Origin: an uncultured bacterium
Lineage (GTDB): Bacteria; Bacillota_I; Bacilli_A; RFN20; CAG-826
NCBI GenBank assembly: GCA_949284685.1
Contig: CASDWE010000002.1
Coordinates: forward strand, 448,476-512,475
Length of the DNA stretch: 64,000 nt
Direction: 5' to 3'
The position numbers and the translations under genes are program-made. Shown here piece after piece: positions 10,547 to 20,243 of this stretch. Position 1 is the stretch's first letter, and each line of letters begins with the position of its first letter. The notes under the pieces are model-generated. The model did not search any database. It was given only the letters and a program-made list of their open reading frames with translations, and was not told the origin of the DNA.

Positions 10547-11131
10547 ATGGATGTTTTTGTTAGCTTTCTTTTAGCCATTATTTCATCTATGCTCATCGAT
10601 AATGTTGTTTTATCTAGATTTTATGGTATTTGTCCTTTCTTAGGAGTTTCAAAAAAAGTTAATTCCGCTTTTGGCATGGGATTAGCGGTTGTCTTTGTTA
10701 TTGTTCTTTCAAGTGTGATATGTTGGCCAATTTATACATATATTTTAGTACCTGCTAACGTGGCATTTTTAGATACAATTACCTATATTTTAGTTATTGC
10801 TTGTTTAGTGCAAGTTGTTGGTTTATTTATTAAAAAATATTCACCAGGTCTTTATAAATCTCTTGGCGTTTATTTGCCTTTAATTACAACAAATTGTGCA
10901 GTATTAGGTGTTGTTCAATCAAATAGTGATCTTCAACTAGATTTTTTAATGTCATTAGCTAACGCTGTAGGAACAAGTGTTGGATTTTTAATTGTTATTG
11001 TTATATTTTCGTGCGTTAGAAGTAGATTTGAATCATCAAATGCGCCCAAAGCTTTTAAAGGATTACCAATTGCTTTGATGACCGCGGCTCTTATGGCTAT
11101 CGCGTTTATGGGATTGAAAGGGATGATTTAA
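10547..11131 (+). CDS. rnfA: Rnf complex subunit A
   Basis: NqrE/RnfA-type membrane protein (GICPFLGVS...ITTNCAVLGV). Confidence 0.85.
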   Translation: MDVFVSFLLAIISSMLIDNVVLSRFYGICPFLGVSKKVNSAFGMGLAVVFVIVLSSVICWPIYTYILVPANVAFLDTITYILVIACLVQVVGLFIKKYSPGLYKSLGVYLPLITTNCAVLGVVQSNSDLQLDFLMSLANAVGTSVGFLIVIVIFSCVRSRFESSNAPKAFKGLPIALMTAALMAIAFMGLKGMI

Positions 11132-11323
11132 ATGCCGGACTGGGGATATTTAATAATTGCTATTTCCATTTTAGTAATTTTAGCAATCGTATTTGTTATA
11201 AGTTTTATTTTATATCGTAAAACACCAGTTCCAAAAGGCTGTGAAGATATTTTGATTGAGAAAGAAAAATGTTCTACTTGTAACAATGCATCTTGTCCAA
11301 TTAAAAGAAAGGAAGATAAATAA
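11132..11323 (+). CDS. 63-aa Cys-rich single-TM miniprotein inside the rnf operon
   Basis: Its ATG overlaps the rnfA stop; it has one TM helix followed by C-x11-CxxC-x4-C. Confidence 0.35.
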   Translation: MPDWGYLIIAISILVILAIVFVISFILYRKTPVPKGCEDILIEKEKCSTCNNASCPIKRKEDK

Positions 11324-11324
11324 T

Positions 11325-11645
11325 ATGTTATATATTTTATGGGCTTTTTTAATATTATTAGGTCTTGGTTTGCTATTTGGTTTAGGTCTAGCCATTGCAA
11401 GCACTGTTTTATATGTTAAAGAAGATAAAAGAATTGACGAAGTAGCTAAAATGCTTCCTAACTATAATTGCGGAAGTTGTGGTTATGCAGGGTGTAAAGA
11501 ATTTGCTAAAGCTATCGTAAGTGGAAAAGATACAAATTTAAGAAAATGTAAACCTGGAAAACCAGAAACTAATTTCATTCCAATTAAACAATATTTGCAA
11601 GAACATCCAAATGACGATAATACAAAGGTGAACGTGACTTTTTAA
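11325..11645 (+). CDS. rnfB: RnfB N-terminal domain protein (truncated RnfB lacking the 2x[4Fe-4S] ferredoxin modules)
   Basis: MLYILWAFLILLGLGLLFG...LPNYNCGSCGYAGCKEFAKAIVSGKDTNLRKCKPGK aligns with the first ~100 aa of RsxB/RnfB. The ORF ends at 11645, where the apbE start overlaps. An AAAGGAAG ribosome-binding site lies upstream. Confidence 0.55.
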   Translation: MLYILWAFLILLGLGLLFGLGLAIASTVLYVKEDKRIDEVAKMLPNYNCGSCGYAGCKEFAKAIVSGKDTNLRKCKPGKPETNFIPIKQYLQEHPNDDNTKVNVTF

Positions 11646-12616
11646 TGAAAATATTTAAGTTTTGCAATATATTTTTACTTTTTTCATTATTTTTAACATC
11701 ATGTAATTATAATGATTCCCCTACATATATTAAAGGTTATTATTTTGATTGTTTTTGTAATATTACAATTTATGATGATGCTTCTATAAATGTAAAAGAA
11801 ATTGAAAATATTTTATCTTATTACGACAATTTATTTTCACCTTATCATTCTTCGCTTAGCGATGAAAATAATTTATATGATATTAATCATTCTAATGTAC
11901 CTTTAAAAGTTAATTTAGATTTATTAAATGTTATTGGACAATCAATTTATATTACTGAAAATATAGATAACCATTTTAATATTTTAACCCTTGATTTAAA
12001 TGATTTATATAAAGAATCTTATTCCAATAATGTTTTGCCAAATCAAGAAGATGTATCATTGATATTAAAAAATATTTCGGAAAGTAAAATTGTTATTGAT
12101 GAAGATAATTCAACGATTTATATAGACGGAAACGCTAATATTGATTTAGGTGGTGTAAGCAAAGGTTATGTCTTACAAATCTTAAAAGATTTTTTCGTAG
12201 AAAATAACATTCAGCATTATAGTGTTGATTTAGGTAGTTCATCTGTTTTGGTTTCAAAAAAAATAGATGATTCTTCTTTTAAAATACGATTAAAAGATGT
12301 TGTTCCATCAACATATTTTTATGCATCAGATATTTCTATTTCGACTTCTTCAATATTTGAACAAGGTATACAAGTAGATGATGTTAAATATTCACATATA
12401 ATCAATCCGATAACCGGCAGTGCAGTATCAAATTATGATTTGGTAATAATTAAATCTGATAATTCATTTTTAGGAGATATTTTTTCTACTTTAATTATGA
12501 TGTTAGATTTAGATGAAATAGAAATTTTAAAAGAAAAATATAATTTAGAATTATTAGTTTATAAAGACAACAATATTGTTTTTAAAACCGATAGCTGGGA
12601 GTTGATGTCTTATTAA
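11645..12616 (+). CDS. apbE: FAD:protein FMN transferase (ApbE family) lipoprotein
   Basis: Signal peptide with an LTSC lipobox, plus the DLGGVSKGY motif. Confidence 0.8.
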   Translation: MKIFKFCNIFLLFSLFLTSCNYNDSPTYIKGYYFDCFCNITIYDDASINVKEIENILSYYDNLFSPYHSSLSDENNLYDINHSNVPLKVNLDLLNVIGQSIYITENIDNHFNILTLDLNDLYKESYSNNVLPNQEDVSLILKNISESKIVIDEDNSTIYIDGNANIDLGGVSKGYVLQILKDFFVENNIQHYSVDLGSSSVLVSKKIDDSSFKIRLKDVVPSTYFYASDISISTSSIFEQGIQVDDVKYSHIINPITGSAVSNYDLVIIKSDNSFLGDIFSTLIMMLDLDEIEILKEKYNLELLVYKDNNIVFKTDSWELMSY

Positions 12617-12731
12617 ACGAATTATTGTATTTTTTAAACACTATTGGTGGGCAATTGCTATCATATTTGTTATTTTTTCAGTTTGTTTAAGTTTAGTTTT
12701 ATATTTTGATATAACTAAAAAACAAACAAAT

Positions 12732-13004
12732 TTGAAAGCTAGCATTTATCATCGCGACAATTTAATTAAAGAAATTGATTTAAATACCGCGAATGATGAA
12801 ATATTATCTATCAATGGAGACCATGGATTAGTAAAAGTTGAAATTGAAGATCAAAAGATTGGTATTATATATTCTTCTTGTCCATTACAATATTGTGTTC
12901 ATATGGGTTTTATAGATTTTGCTAATATGCCGATAATTTGTATGTATAATGGTATTTTTATAAATATTGAAGGGGACAATAATAGTTTTGATATAGCAAT
13001 ATGA
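12732..13004 (+). CDS. NusG domain II-like (DUF1312-like) small protein; true start probably upstream
   Basis: TTG start in the ORF track. The in-frame upstream stretch 12606-12731 is stop-free and encodes a TM-like helix. Confidence 0.5.
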   Translation: MKASIYHRDNLIKEIDLNTANDEILSINGDHGLVKVEIEDQKIGIIYSSCPLQYCVHMGFIDFANMPIICMYNGIFINIEGDNNSFDIAI

Positions 13005-13528
13005 CAAATGTTAAAAAAATAACTTTTCTTTCTTTCATGCTTGCTATAAGTATCATTCTTAGCATTGTTGATTCGTTTATTCCTACAAACATACCAGGAG
13101 TTAAATTAGGATTAGCTAATGTTGTTATATTGATAATTCTTTATATGTTTTCAATTAAAGATGCAATTTTAATTAATATCTTGCGTGTTTATATTGCTTC
13201 ATTACTAAGAGGGACAATTCTTTCAATGGGATTTTTAATGTCGCTATCTGGAGCCTTTTTGTCGCTATTTGTGATGATAATTTTAAAAATTTTATTAAAA
13301 AATAAGGCGTTAGTTTTTGTAAGTATTGTTGGCGCTATTTTCCATTCTGTGGGACAAATTTTAGTGGGTGTATTATATTTAGAATCGCTTAATGTCTTTT
13401 ATTATTTACCAATTTTAGTTTTGATATCAATTGCTACTGGCTTAGTTATGGGTATCATTGCCTATAAAATAGTAAATAATAAGACAATGATTAAAAAAGT
13501 AAATGAAATAAAAAATCCATCGAGGTAA
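13001..13528 (+). CDS. Gx transporter / heptaprenyl-diphosphate-synthase-component-I-like membrane protein
   Basis: Small polytopic membrane protein overlapping the NusG-II gene by 4 bp, a commonly seen pairing. Confidence 0.55.
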   Translation: MTNVKKITFLSFMLAISIILSIVDSFIPTNIPGVKLGLANVVILIILYMFSIKDAILINILRVYIASLLRGTILSMGFLMSLSGAFLSLFVMIILKILLKNKALVFVSIVGAIFHSVGQILVGVLYLESLNVFYYLPILVLISIATGLVMGIIAYKIVNNKTMIKKVNEIKNPSR

Positions 13529-13574
13529 ATAAAATATTGTTTTTTACAAATACAGAAAAGTTTATAATTAAAAT

Positions 13575-14099
13575 ATGATTGGTGAACCTATAGATACATT
13601 ATTTTTAACTGCATATGATTCTAGTTGGTCAAAAGCATACGAAATCGAAAAAGGATATTTAAAAAATATTCTTTCTAGACACCGATATGTTATCGAACAT
13701 ATTGGATCTACCGCTGTGAAAGATTTAAGAGCAAGACCAATAATTGATATTGCTATTGGTGCGGGTAATGTCTATGACCAAATAAATATTAAAGATGTTT
13801 TGAATGTTTCTGGCTATATATATGATAACGATCGTTCTACGCTTGATTGTTTTTGTTTTCATAGAAACATTGACAATAAAACATATTTTATGATTTATGT
13901 TATGGTTTTTAATTCTTTAAGTTGGAATTTAGCATTGAATATGAGAAATTATTTAATTTGTAATAAAAGAGCAAAAACTCTTTATGAAAATTCAAAATCT
14001 GATTTATTAAATGGTGTCAATAATGATAAATCAGCATATGAGAAATTAAAAAAAGAATATATCAAAAAAGAGATATATCCTTATATTTATGAATATTAA
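13575..14099 (+). CDS. GrpB family protein (nucleotidyltransferase-like fold)
   Basis: HIGSTAV...RPIIDI motif. Confidence 0.55.
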   Translation: MIGEPIDTLFLTAYDSSWSKAYEIEKGYLKNILSRHRYVIEHIGSTAVKDLRARPIIDIAIGAGNVYDQINIKDVLNVSGYIYDNDRSTLDCFCFHRNIDNKTYFMIYVMVFNSLSWNLALNMRNYLICNKRAKTLYENSKSDLLNGVNNDKSAYEKLKKEYIKKEIYPYIYEY

Positions 14100-14106
14100 T
14101 TTATAA

Positions 14107-15051
14107 TTAATTCATCAACAAACACGCCGCACCTATAATACCAGCATCATTACCAAGTTTAGCAATTAATACGTCTACTTCAGGCGTATTTTTATATCCA
14201 TAATTATTTTCTTTTAATATTTTTTTAATAGGCATTGTTAAATTTTCTTTTTGATTAGAAATTCCTCCGCCTAAAATAATAACCTCGGGTCTAAAAATGT
14301 TACAAAAATTTAAAATGCCATAACTTAAATAAGATATATATTTATTAACAACTTTAATAGCGGTTTTATCATTTAATTTAGCACAGTCGAATGCAACTTT
14401 CCCATTTACGTTATTTAGATTAAAATTACAATATTTCCATAATAACGATTCTTTATTTTTTAGCATGGCTTTTTTAGTATCAGAAATTAAAGCTGATGCA
14501 CTTGCATATCGTTCAAAGCATCCTTTTAATCCGCATGCACATTTTCTTCCATTATAAATAAATAATGAATGTCCTAATTCAGCACCCTTTCCTTGATTAC
14601 CCTCATATAATTTATCATCTAGGTACAAGCCACCTCCAACTCCAGTGCCAAGAGTTAGCATAACAACATTATGATAGTTTTTTGCAACACCAAATTTGAC
14701 TTCTCCTAGAACCGCACAATTAGCGTCATTTGCTATTTTAGTATCCAAAGAAGTATATTTTTTTAATATTCCACAAATATCTAAATTTGTCCAATTAAGA
14801 TTAGCACTAAAATCACAATAACCAGTTTTGGTATTGACAACACCAGCACAACTGACGCCTATTCCTTTAACATCTGTATAATTATTTTTTTTTATGTGTT
14901 CATTGATTTTAATTGCTAAAGATTTTATCATTTCATCCTGCGGTATATTTTTGTCAAAGTTCATAGTAAATTTTGAAATTATTTCACCAAATTCATTTAC
15001 AACACCGATTTTTAAAGACATACCACCGATATCAACGCCAATATATAACAT
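14107..15051 (-). CDS. ROK family sugar kinase (glucokinase-like)
   Basis: MLYIGVDIGGMS N-terminus, and a ROK CxCGxxGCxE zinc motif (CACGLKGCFE). I set the start at ATG 15051 because a GAGGTG ribosome-binding site lies 7 nt upstream; the longer ORF-track start is unlikely. Confidence 0.75.
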   Translation of the reverse strand: MLYIGVDIGGMSLKIGVVNEFGEIISKFTMNFDKNIPQDEMIKSLAIKINEHIKKNNYTDVKGIGVSCAGVVNTKTGYCDFSANLNWTNLDICGILKKYTSLDTKIANDANCAVLGEVKFGVAKNYHNVVMLTLGTGVGGGLYLDDKLYEGNQGKGAELGHSLFIYNGRKCACGLKGCFERYASASALISDTKKAMLKNKESLLWKYCNFNLNNVNGKVAFDCAKLNDKTAIKVVNKYISYLSYGILNFCNIFRPEVIILGGGISNQKENLTMPIKKILKENNYGYKNTPEVDVLIAKLGNDAGIIGAACLLMN

Positions 15052-15130
15052 ATTTTTCACCTCAACTAATATTATATAAATATATTTTAGAAAAACAAAT
15101 TTATAGTATAATAAATTTCTTGGAGAAAAT

Positions 15131-16327
15131 ATGAATATCATTTGTCCATTTTGCAAACAGGTTATTAGTATTGAAAATAATAATCAAATTCTTAAATGCC
15201 CATTTTGTAATAAAGAAATTCAAAACTCTTTTTTTAATGAAGATGAATCCTTTTATGATATGTTGAATCAAGGAAAAACTTTTTTAGAAAAAGAACAATT
15301 TGATAAATTATTTAATCTTTCACAAGCTATGATTAATCGTTGGCCAACGAATTTTTATAGTAATTTATACCTTCTATGTGCAAAAACAAAATTGGATTTA
15401 ACAAAGCCGTTAGCGTATCCAAGTTATGAATTAACCCAAATCGAGATGCAAGAGGACATAAAAGCAAGGCTATATCATTATGCTAGAATAAAATATGCAA
15501 GAGCAAGTCAATCCGTTTATGATGGAATAAGTTCTTATTATCCTGATATACCATCAACAGTTGACCCTTCTGGATGGTCTAAGGCAAAAACTTCGTTTGA
15601 TTGTCGTTTAGAAAATATTGAGACATGTTTACAGAAAGTAAACATTATTGCTCAACATTTAAACGATTTAAAAAAGTATGCAAATAATGAAAAAGAAAAC
15701 GAAATAATCAAAAGAATATTTGAATGGGGCGATTATTTATTAAAAGCAAAAAAAGAACTTTTAAGATTTGATGATTATGCAAATTCGCTTGTTAAAAATG
15801 ATTTTAATAATACCCCAGATCCTGGAAATTCATTATTTGCAGGACTATACTTGATTCTTTTCTTTCTTTCATTAGTCTTAATGTCTATCACAATCGCAGA
15901 AATTATAATTGGCTTTGTAATAGGTGATTTTAATCAATTGTTTAGCCAAATAGGAAGCATATTTATTTCTGCTTATCAAATTGCGATGGTTGTTTATTTT
16001 ACTATTAAATTGAAGTTATTTTCCAAAGGAAGACATCCATTTTTTGCTAGCTGTCTTTACATTTTATCTATTTCATTATCATGTTTTGGTATTACAACAA
16101 GTTTTATAGATATACAATCGTTAAATCCATGGGTAATATCTTACTTTTTTATAACACTAGGTTTATTAGTTTATACAATCATTTTAGCGTGTATCAAATG
16201 GAATAAATATCGAAACAAAAAAACTAGAAACGTTAATACTTATATTGGAAATTATCAGCAACTTTTAAAAAATAATTTTACTGTTTCTTTTCAATTTGAA
16301 TTTAACGAAATAAAAAAGGATAGTTAA
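15131..16327 (+). CDS. Hypothetical protein: N-terminal double CPFC zinc ribbon, helical cytoplasmic domain, C-terminal 4-TM domain
   Basis: CPFC-x14-CPFC, followed by four hydrophobic helices in the C-terminal third. Confidence 0.45.
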   Translation: MNIICPFCKQVISIENNNQILKCPFCNKEIQNSFFNEDESFYDMLNQGKTFLEKEQFDKLFNLSQAMINRWPTNFYSNLYLLCAKTKLDLTKPLAYPSYELTQIEMQEDIKARLYHYARIKYARASQSVYDGISSYYPDIPSTVDPSGWSKAKTSFDCRLENIETCLQKVNIIAQHLNDLKKYANNEKENEIIKRIFEWGDYLLKAKKELLRFDDYANSLVKNDFNNTPDPGNSLFAGLYLILFFLSLVLMSITIAEIIIGFVIGDFNQLFSQIGSIFISAYQIAMVVYFTIKLKLFSKGRHPFFASCLYILSISLSCFGITTSFIDIQSLNPWVISYFFITLGLLVYTIILACIKWNKYRNKKTRNVNTYIGNYQQLLKNNFTVSFQFEFNEIKKDS

Positions 16328-16330
16328 TGT

Positions 16331-17218
16331 ATGCATAAAAAAGGAATTATTATTGTTAATCATCAATATGGAAACGCTAGTAGAAACATTGATTATAAAA
16401 TTATGCGTTTCAAAGAAGAATTTTCTAAATTAAATATTGCTCTTGAAGTTATTAAAAATGATGGCAGCTTGTCATATATTGATTCTAATGGTGAAATTAA
16501 ATTGAACATTGATAATTGCGATTTTGTTATTTATTTAGATAAAGATAAATATTTGTTAAATCTTTTAGAAAAAGAAAATATAAAAGTATTTAATCGTCCT
16601 GATTTTATTCAATTGTGTGATGATAAAATGTTAACTCATATTGCTTTATCTAATTATAATATTGCAATGCCAAAAACAATTCCTGGTCCGCTTAATTACA
16701 ATTTAAATGATGATAATTCATTACAAATAATAACTAACATCACAAAGCAATTAAAATTTCCAATGCTTATTAAAGGCGTGTATGGGTCTTTGGGTTTAAA
16801 TATGATGTATGCAAATAACAAAGAAGAATTGCTTGATTGTTATCAAAAAATGAAAAATCAACCCCTCTTATTTCAAGAATATATATCGAGTAGTTATGGT
16901 AGATCTATTCGATGTCTTGTAATTGATAATAAATTGATTGGAGCATTTTTAAGATATAATCCTAACGATTATCGAAGCAATTATTTTAAAGGCGCTAAAA
17001 GCAAACCAATTAAGTTAGATAGTGAATATGTTGATTTTGTTAATAAAATTTCCCAAATCTTAAATATTGAATATGCTGGAGTCGATTTATTATTTGGAGA
17101 CACAGGACCTATTTTATGTGAAATTAATCCAAATGCTTTCTTTTCTGAATTTGAAAAAATAACACATATAAATGTGGCAAAATTATTTGCTAACATGGTG
17201 GTAAAAAAGATAAAATAA
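16331..17218 (+). CDS. RimK-like ATP-grasp ligase
   Basis: LIKGVYGSLGLNM together with EYAGVDLLFGDTGPILCEINPNAF, typical ATP-grasp motifs of the RimK/GSH-synthase family; sits 4 bp after the preceding gene. Confidence 0.65.
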   Translation: MHKKGIIIVNHQYGNASRNIDYKIMRFKEEFSKLNIALEVIKNDGSLSYIDSNGEIKLNIDNCDFVIYLDKDKYLLNLLEKENIKVFNRPDFIQLCDDKMLTHIALSNYNIAMPKTIPGPLNYNLNDDNSLQIITNITKQLKFPMLIKGVYGSLGLNMMYANNKEELLDCYQKMKNQPLLFQEYISSSYGRSIRCLVIDNKLIGAFLRYNPNDYRSNYFKGAKSKPIKLDSEYVDFVNKISQILNIEYAGVDLLFGDTGPILCEINPNAFFSEFEKITHINVAKLFANMVVKKIK

Positions 17219-17222
17219 AACT

Positions 17223-18344
17223 ATGAAAATGAAAAAAAAGTTGATTTTTGCTCTAATATTTCCGATTTTGCTTACTTCATGCCAACAAATTAGGAAAAAT
17301 TATGATATTGTCTATTATCAAAATAAATTGATGTTTGAAGATCAATTTTTGATTTGCCAATTAGGTGACATTCATCTTTCTACTTCTTCAAATTTAGATA
17401 GAGAATTTGCCTATATAGAAAAAGCTATTTATAGTTATGGTGATTATTTTAACAAAAACAAAAATGTTCCAAATCAAGGAAAACCATCTTTAATAATTTT
17501 AAATGGCGATACTTTTATGAATGCAACAAAAGATATTGTTAATAAAACATTTGAATTTTTTGAATCTTTAAAAATTCCATATGCTTTTAATTATGGGAAT
17601 CACGATTTACAAGGAAGCTATTCTTCTAATTACATTAATAGCTACTTATTAACTCATCAAAGTCAGTACAACATGTATAAAAATCCTGCTGATGACAATA
17701 TATTTGGAAATTCTAATTATTATATTGATCTTGTTTCTGGAACCGAACTAAAATATCAAATTTTTATTATGGATAGTAATTGTTTTTACCTTTCTGATTA
17801 TGATTCATTTCACCAAGACCAACTTCAATGGTATCAAAAAGTAATTTTAGAAAGTAACGGATATAATAAAATGCCAAATAATATTGATGAAAACACTTTT
17901 GCTAAATCATTGTTATTTTGTCATATACCAATTAATGAATTTGGTGATGCTATTAACGAATTTCATCAAAAAAATGGTGATGTTGAAACATATCAAGATG
18001 ATTATTGTAAAGATTTAGAATCATGCTCATCTTCACCTATAAATAGCGGTTTGTTTTCATTAATGACTAAACTAAAATCGACAGTAGGAATAGCAAGCAA
18101 TCATGATCACATAATATCCACTGACATCAAATATAGTGGTGGTGGTGATTGGCCTATAAGATTTATATATGGCGAAAAAACCGGTGATAATATATATCAT
18201 GATGAGAAGATGATGGGTGCTACTTTTTACAATTTAAATGAAAATACAGAGCTATCAATGTATGGTAACGAGTTATATTTCAGTTTAACAAAAATGTATG
18301 TTCCGTATGAAGGAGATGTTGAAGTTATATGGCAGAACCAGTAA
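17223..18344 (+). CDS. Calcineurin-like metallophosphoesterase lipoprotein
   Basis: Signal peptide with an LTSC lipobox, plus GDIHLS, ILNGDTF and NYGNHD metallophosphatase motifs. Confidence 0.6.
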   Translation: MKMKKKLIFALIFPILLTSCQQIRKNYDIVYYQNKLMFEDQFLICQLGDIHLSTSSNLDREFAYIEKAIYSYGDYFNKNKNVPNQGKPSLIILNGDTFMNATKDIVNKTFEFFESLKIPYAFNYGNHDLQGSYSSNYINSYLLTHQSQYNMYKNPADDNIFGNSNYYIDLVSGTELKYQIFIMDSNCFYLSDYDSFHQDQLQWYQKVILESNGYNKMPNNIDENTFAKSLLFCHIPINEFGDAINEFHQKNGDVETYQDDYCKDLESCSSSPINSGLFSLMTKLKSTVGIASNHDHIISTDIKYSGGGDWPIRFIYGEKTGDNIYHDEKMMGATFYNLNENTELSMYGNELYFSLTKMYVPYEGDVEVIWQNQ

Positions 18345-19288
18345 TACGCGACTCTTCAAAATATGAAACACGCCGTCACATTGTTGGTAGCATAGTTCTT
18401 TCTATAGCATTTTTATTTGTTAGTTTTACAACTTTTTATGGTGTTAGAATATTTTTCCCAATTATTACAAATTATGGTCGAAGCGCATTAAATACATTGC
18501 CTTGTGCTCTTACATATTTAATTCCACTTTTTATATTTTATATGGCGTTATTTTTTGTATATGCTAAAACAAATGAAACTAGGTTAAAAAGTCTAAAAAT
18601 ATTAGGAATAACATTAATCTTACTGGCGGTATTTAATTTGATACTTATAACATTTGTTATTGTATTGTTATTAGATGGAAATTTATTTTTTCAAACAATG
18701 ACACCGATGTATCCATTAGATGTTATTTTTGGAAATGTTATTTATTTTATTGTCGGAATTTGTTGCTTATTTTATGAAATTTTAGATAAAAAATATAGTA
18801 TGACTGTTTCAATAAGACAACGTCCTTTTTTAAAAAAGGATTTCATTTTAGCAGGATTTATTTTACCATTTGCAACATATTTCCTTGGCGAATTTCTTTT
18901 TGGAATTATGTATTTACAAGAAGGTTATATAGATAAAAATTGGTACTATATGTTACCTGTTTACTTATCTTTTTTGCTATTAGCGGCTTTATGTGTTGTT
19001 TACTTTGTTTATCATTATATAAAAGAAAAAAATCGAACAAAATTTCATATTATTTCTTTAATTATTTTTTATAGTTTGGAAATTATTTTAGGAATATGGA
19101 TTGTTGTCGGATATATTAATGAGCCATATTTAACAAGTTTATCTTTGCAATGGGAATTTGAAATTGGATTAGCTTTAAAAATACCAATCGGTTTATTTAT
19201 TAACTTTATATTTTCTATCCCGATTTTAATTGTATCCACTTTAAAGCTATTTAAAAATTTAAGAAAAAAGAAAAATGAACAAGAATAA
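18329..19288 (+). CDS. Polytopic membrane protein, unknown function
   Basis: Around 8 predicted TM helices; overlaps both neighbours. Confidence 0.4.
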   Translation: MAEPVIRDSSKYETRRHIVGSIVLSIAFLFVSFTTFYGVRIFFPIITNYGRSALNTLPCALTYLIPLFIFYMALFFVYAKTNETRLKSLKILGITLILLAVFNLILITFVIVLLLDGNLFFQTMTPMYPLDVIFGNVIYFIVGICCLFYEILDKKYSMTVSIRQRPFLKKDFILAGFILPFATYFLGEFLFGIMYLQEGYIDKNWYYMLPVYLSFLLLAALCVVYFVYHYIKEKNRTKFHIISLIIFYSLEIILGIWIVVGYINEPYLTSLSLQWEFEIGLALKIPIGLFINFIFSIPILIVSTLKLFKNLRKKKNEQE

Positions 19289-20192
19289 AAAGCGTTTTCA
19301 AAATTATTCAAAATTGTACAATACCAATAAGCAATATGTTGTCAGCGAAGACGATTTGCTTCTTTCTTTTTTGTTAAAGAATATTAAAAAAGAATCTCGT
19401 AATTCAATAAAAGGATTATTAAGTCATAATTTGGTTACAGTTAATGGTGCGGTCATTCGTCAATTTGATTATCCATTGTCAAAAAAAGATATCGTCATAA
19501 TTTTAAATAGTCCTTTAAAAGTTAAAACATCAAAAAACAATAATCTTGATATTATTTATGAAGATAGTGACTTGATAGTAATTAATAAACCAAGTGGATT
19601 ATTATCTGTCGCAAGCGATAAAGAAAAAGGCAAAACTGCTTATCGATTAGTTAGTGATTATTTAAATAGCAAAGATAAACACTTACGCCCTTATGTTGTT
19701 CATCGAATAGATGAAGATACTTCCGGTGTATTAATGATGGTTAAAAATAAACAATTACAAGACTTATTTACAAGTCAATGGAATGAATTAGTATTAGATA
19801 GAGGCTATTACGCTGTCGTGGAAGGACAACTTTTAAAAAAAGATGGAACAATAAAATCTTATTTAAAATCAAATACATTAAATCTTATGTATTCTAGCAA
19901 TGATAAAGTTCATGGTAAGCTTGCTGTTACACATTATAAAGTATTAAAAGAAAATGATAAATATTCGCTTTTAGATGTTCATATAGATTCTGGAAGAAAA
20001 AATCAAATACGTGTACACATGTATGATATTAGACATTCTGTTGTTGGTGATGATAAATATGGAAACCCATCTAATCCACTTTCTAGATTAGGCCTTCACG
20101 CTTATAAATTGCAAATTAAACATCCTATTACCAATCGACTATTTACTTTTGAAACAAAAATGCCAACAATTTTTAAAACATTATTCAAATAA
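19275..20192 (+). CDS. RluA-family pseudouridine synthase with N-terminal S4 domain
   Basis: S4-like N-terminus, the HRIDEDTSGVLM catalytic motif, and the YYAVVEG region. Confidence 0.8.
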   Translation: MNKNKKRFQNYSKLYNTNKQYVVSEDDLLLSFLLKNIKKESRNSIKGLLSHNLVTVNGAVIRQFDYPLSKKDIVIILNSPLKVKTSKNNNLDIIYEDSDLIVINKPSGLLSVASDKEKGKTAYRLVSDYLNSKDKHLRPYVVHRIDEDTSGVLMMVKNKQLQDLFTSQWNELVLDRGYYAVVEGQLLKKDGTIKSYLKSNTLNLMYSSNDKVHGKLAVTHYKVLKENDKYSLLDVHIDSGRKNQIRVHMYDIRHSVVGDDKYGNPSNPLSRLGLHAYKLQIKHPITNRLFTFETKMPTIFKTLFK

Positions 20193-20243
20193 AATTAGAA
20201 AATGGGTATTAAACTTTGATAAAAAATAATTTAAAATACTTTT

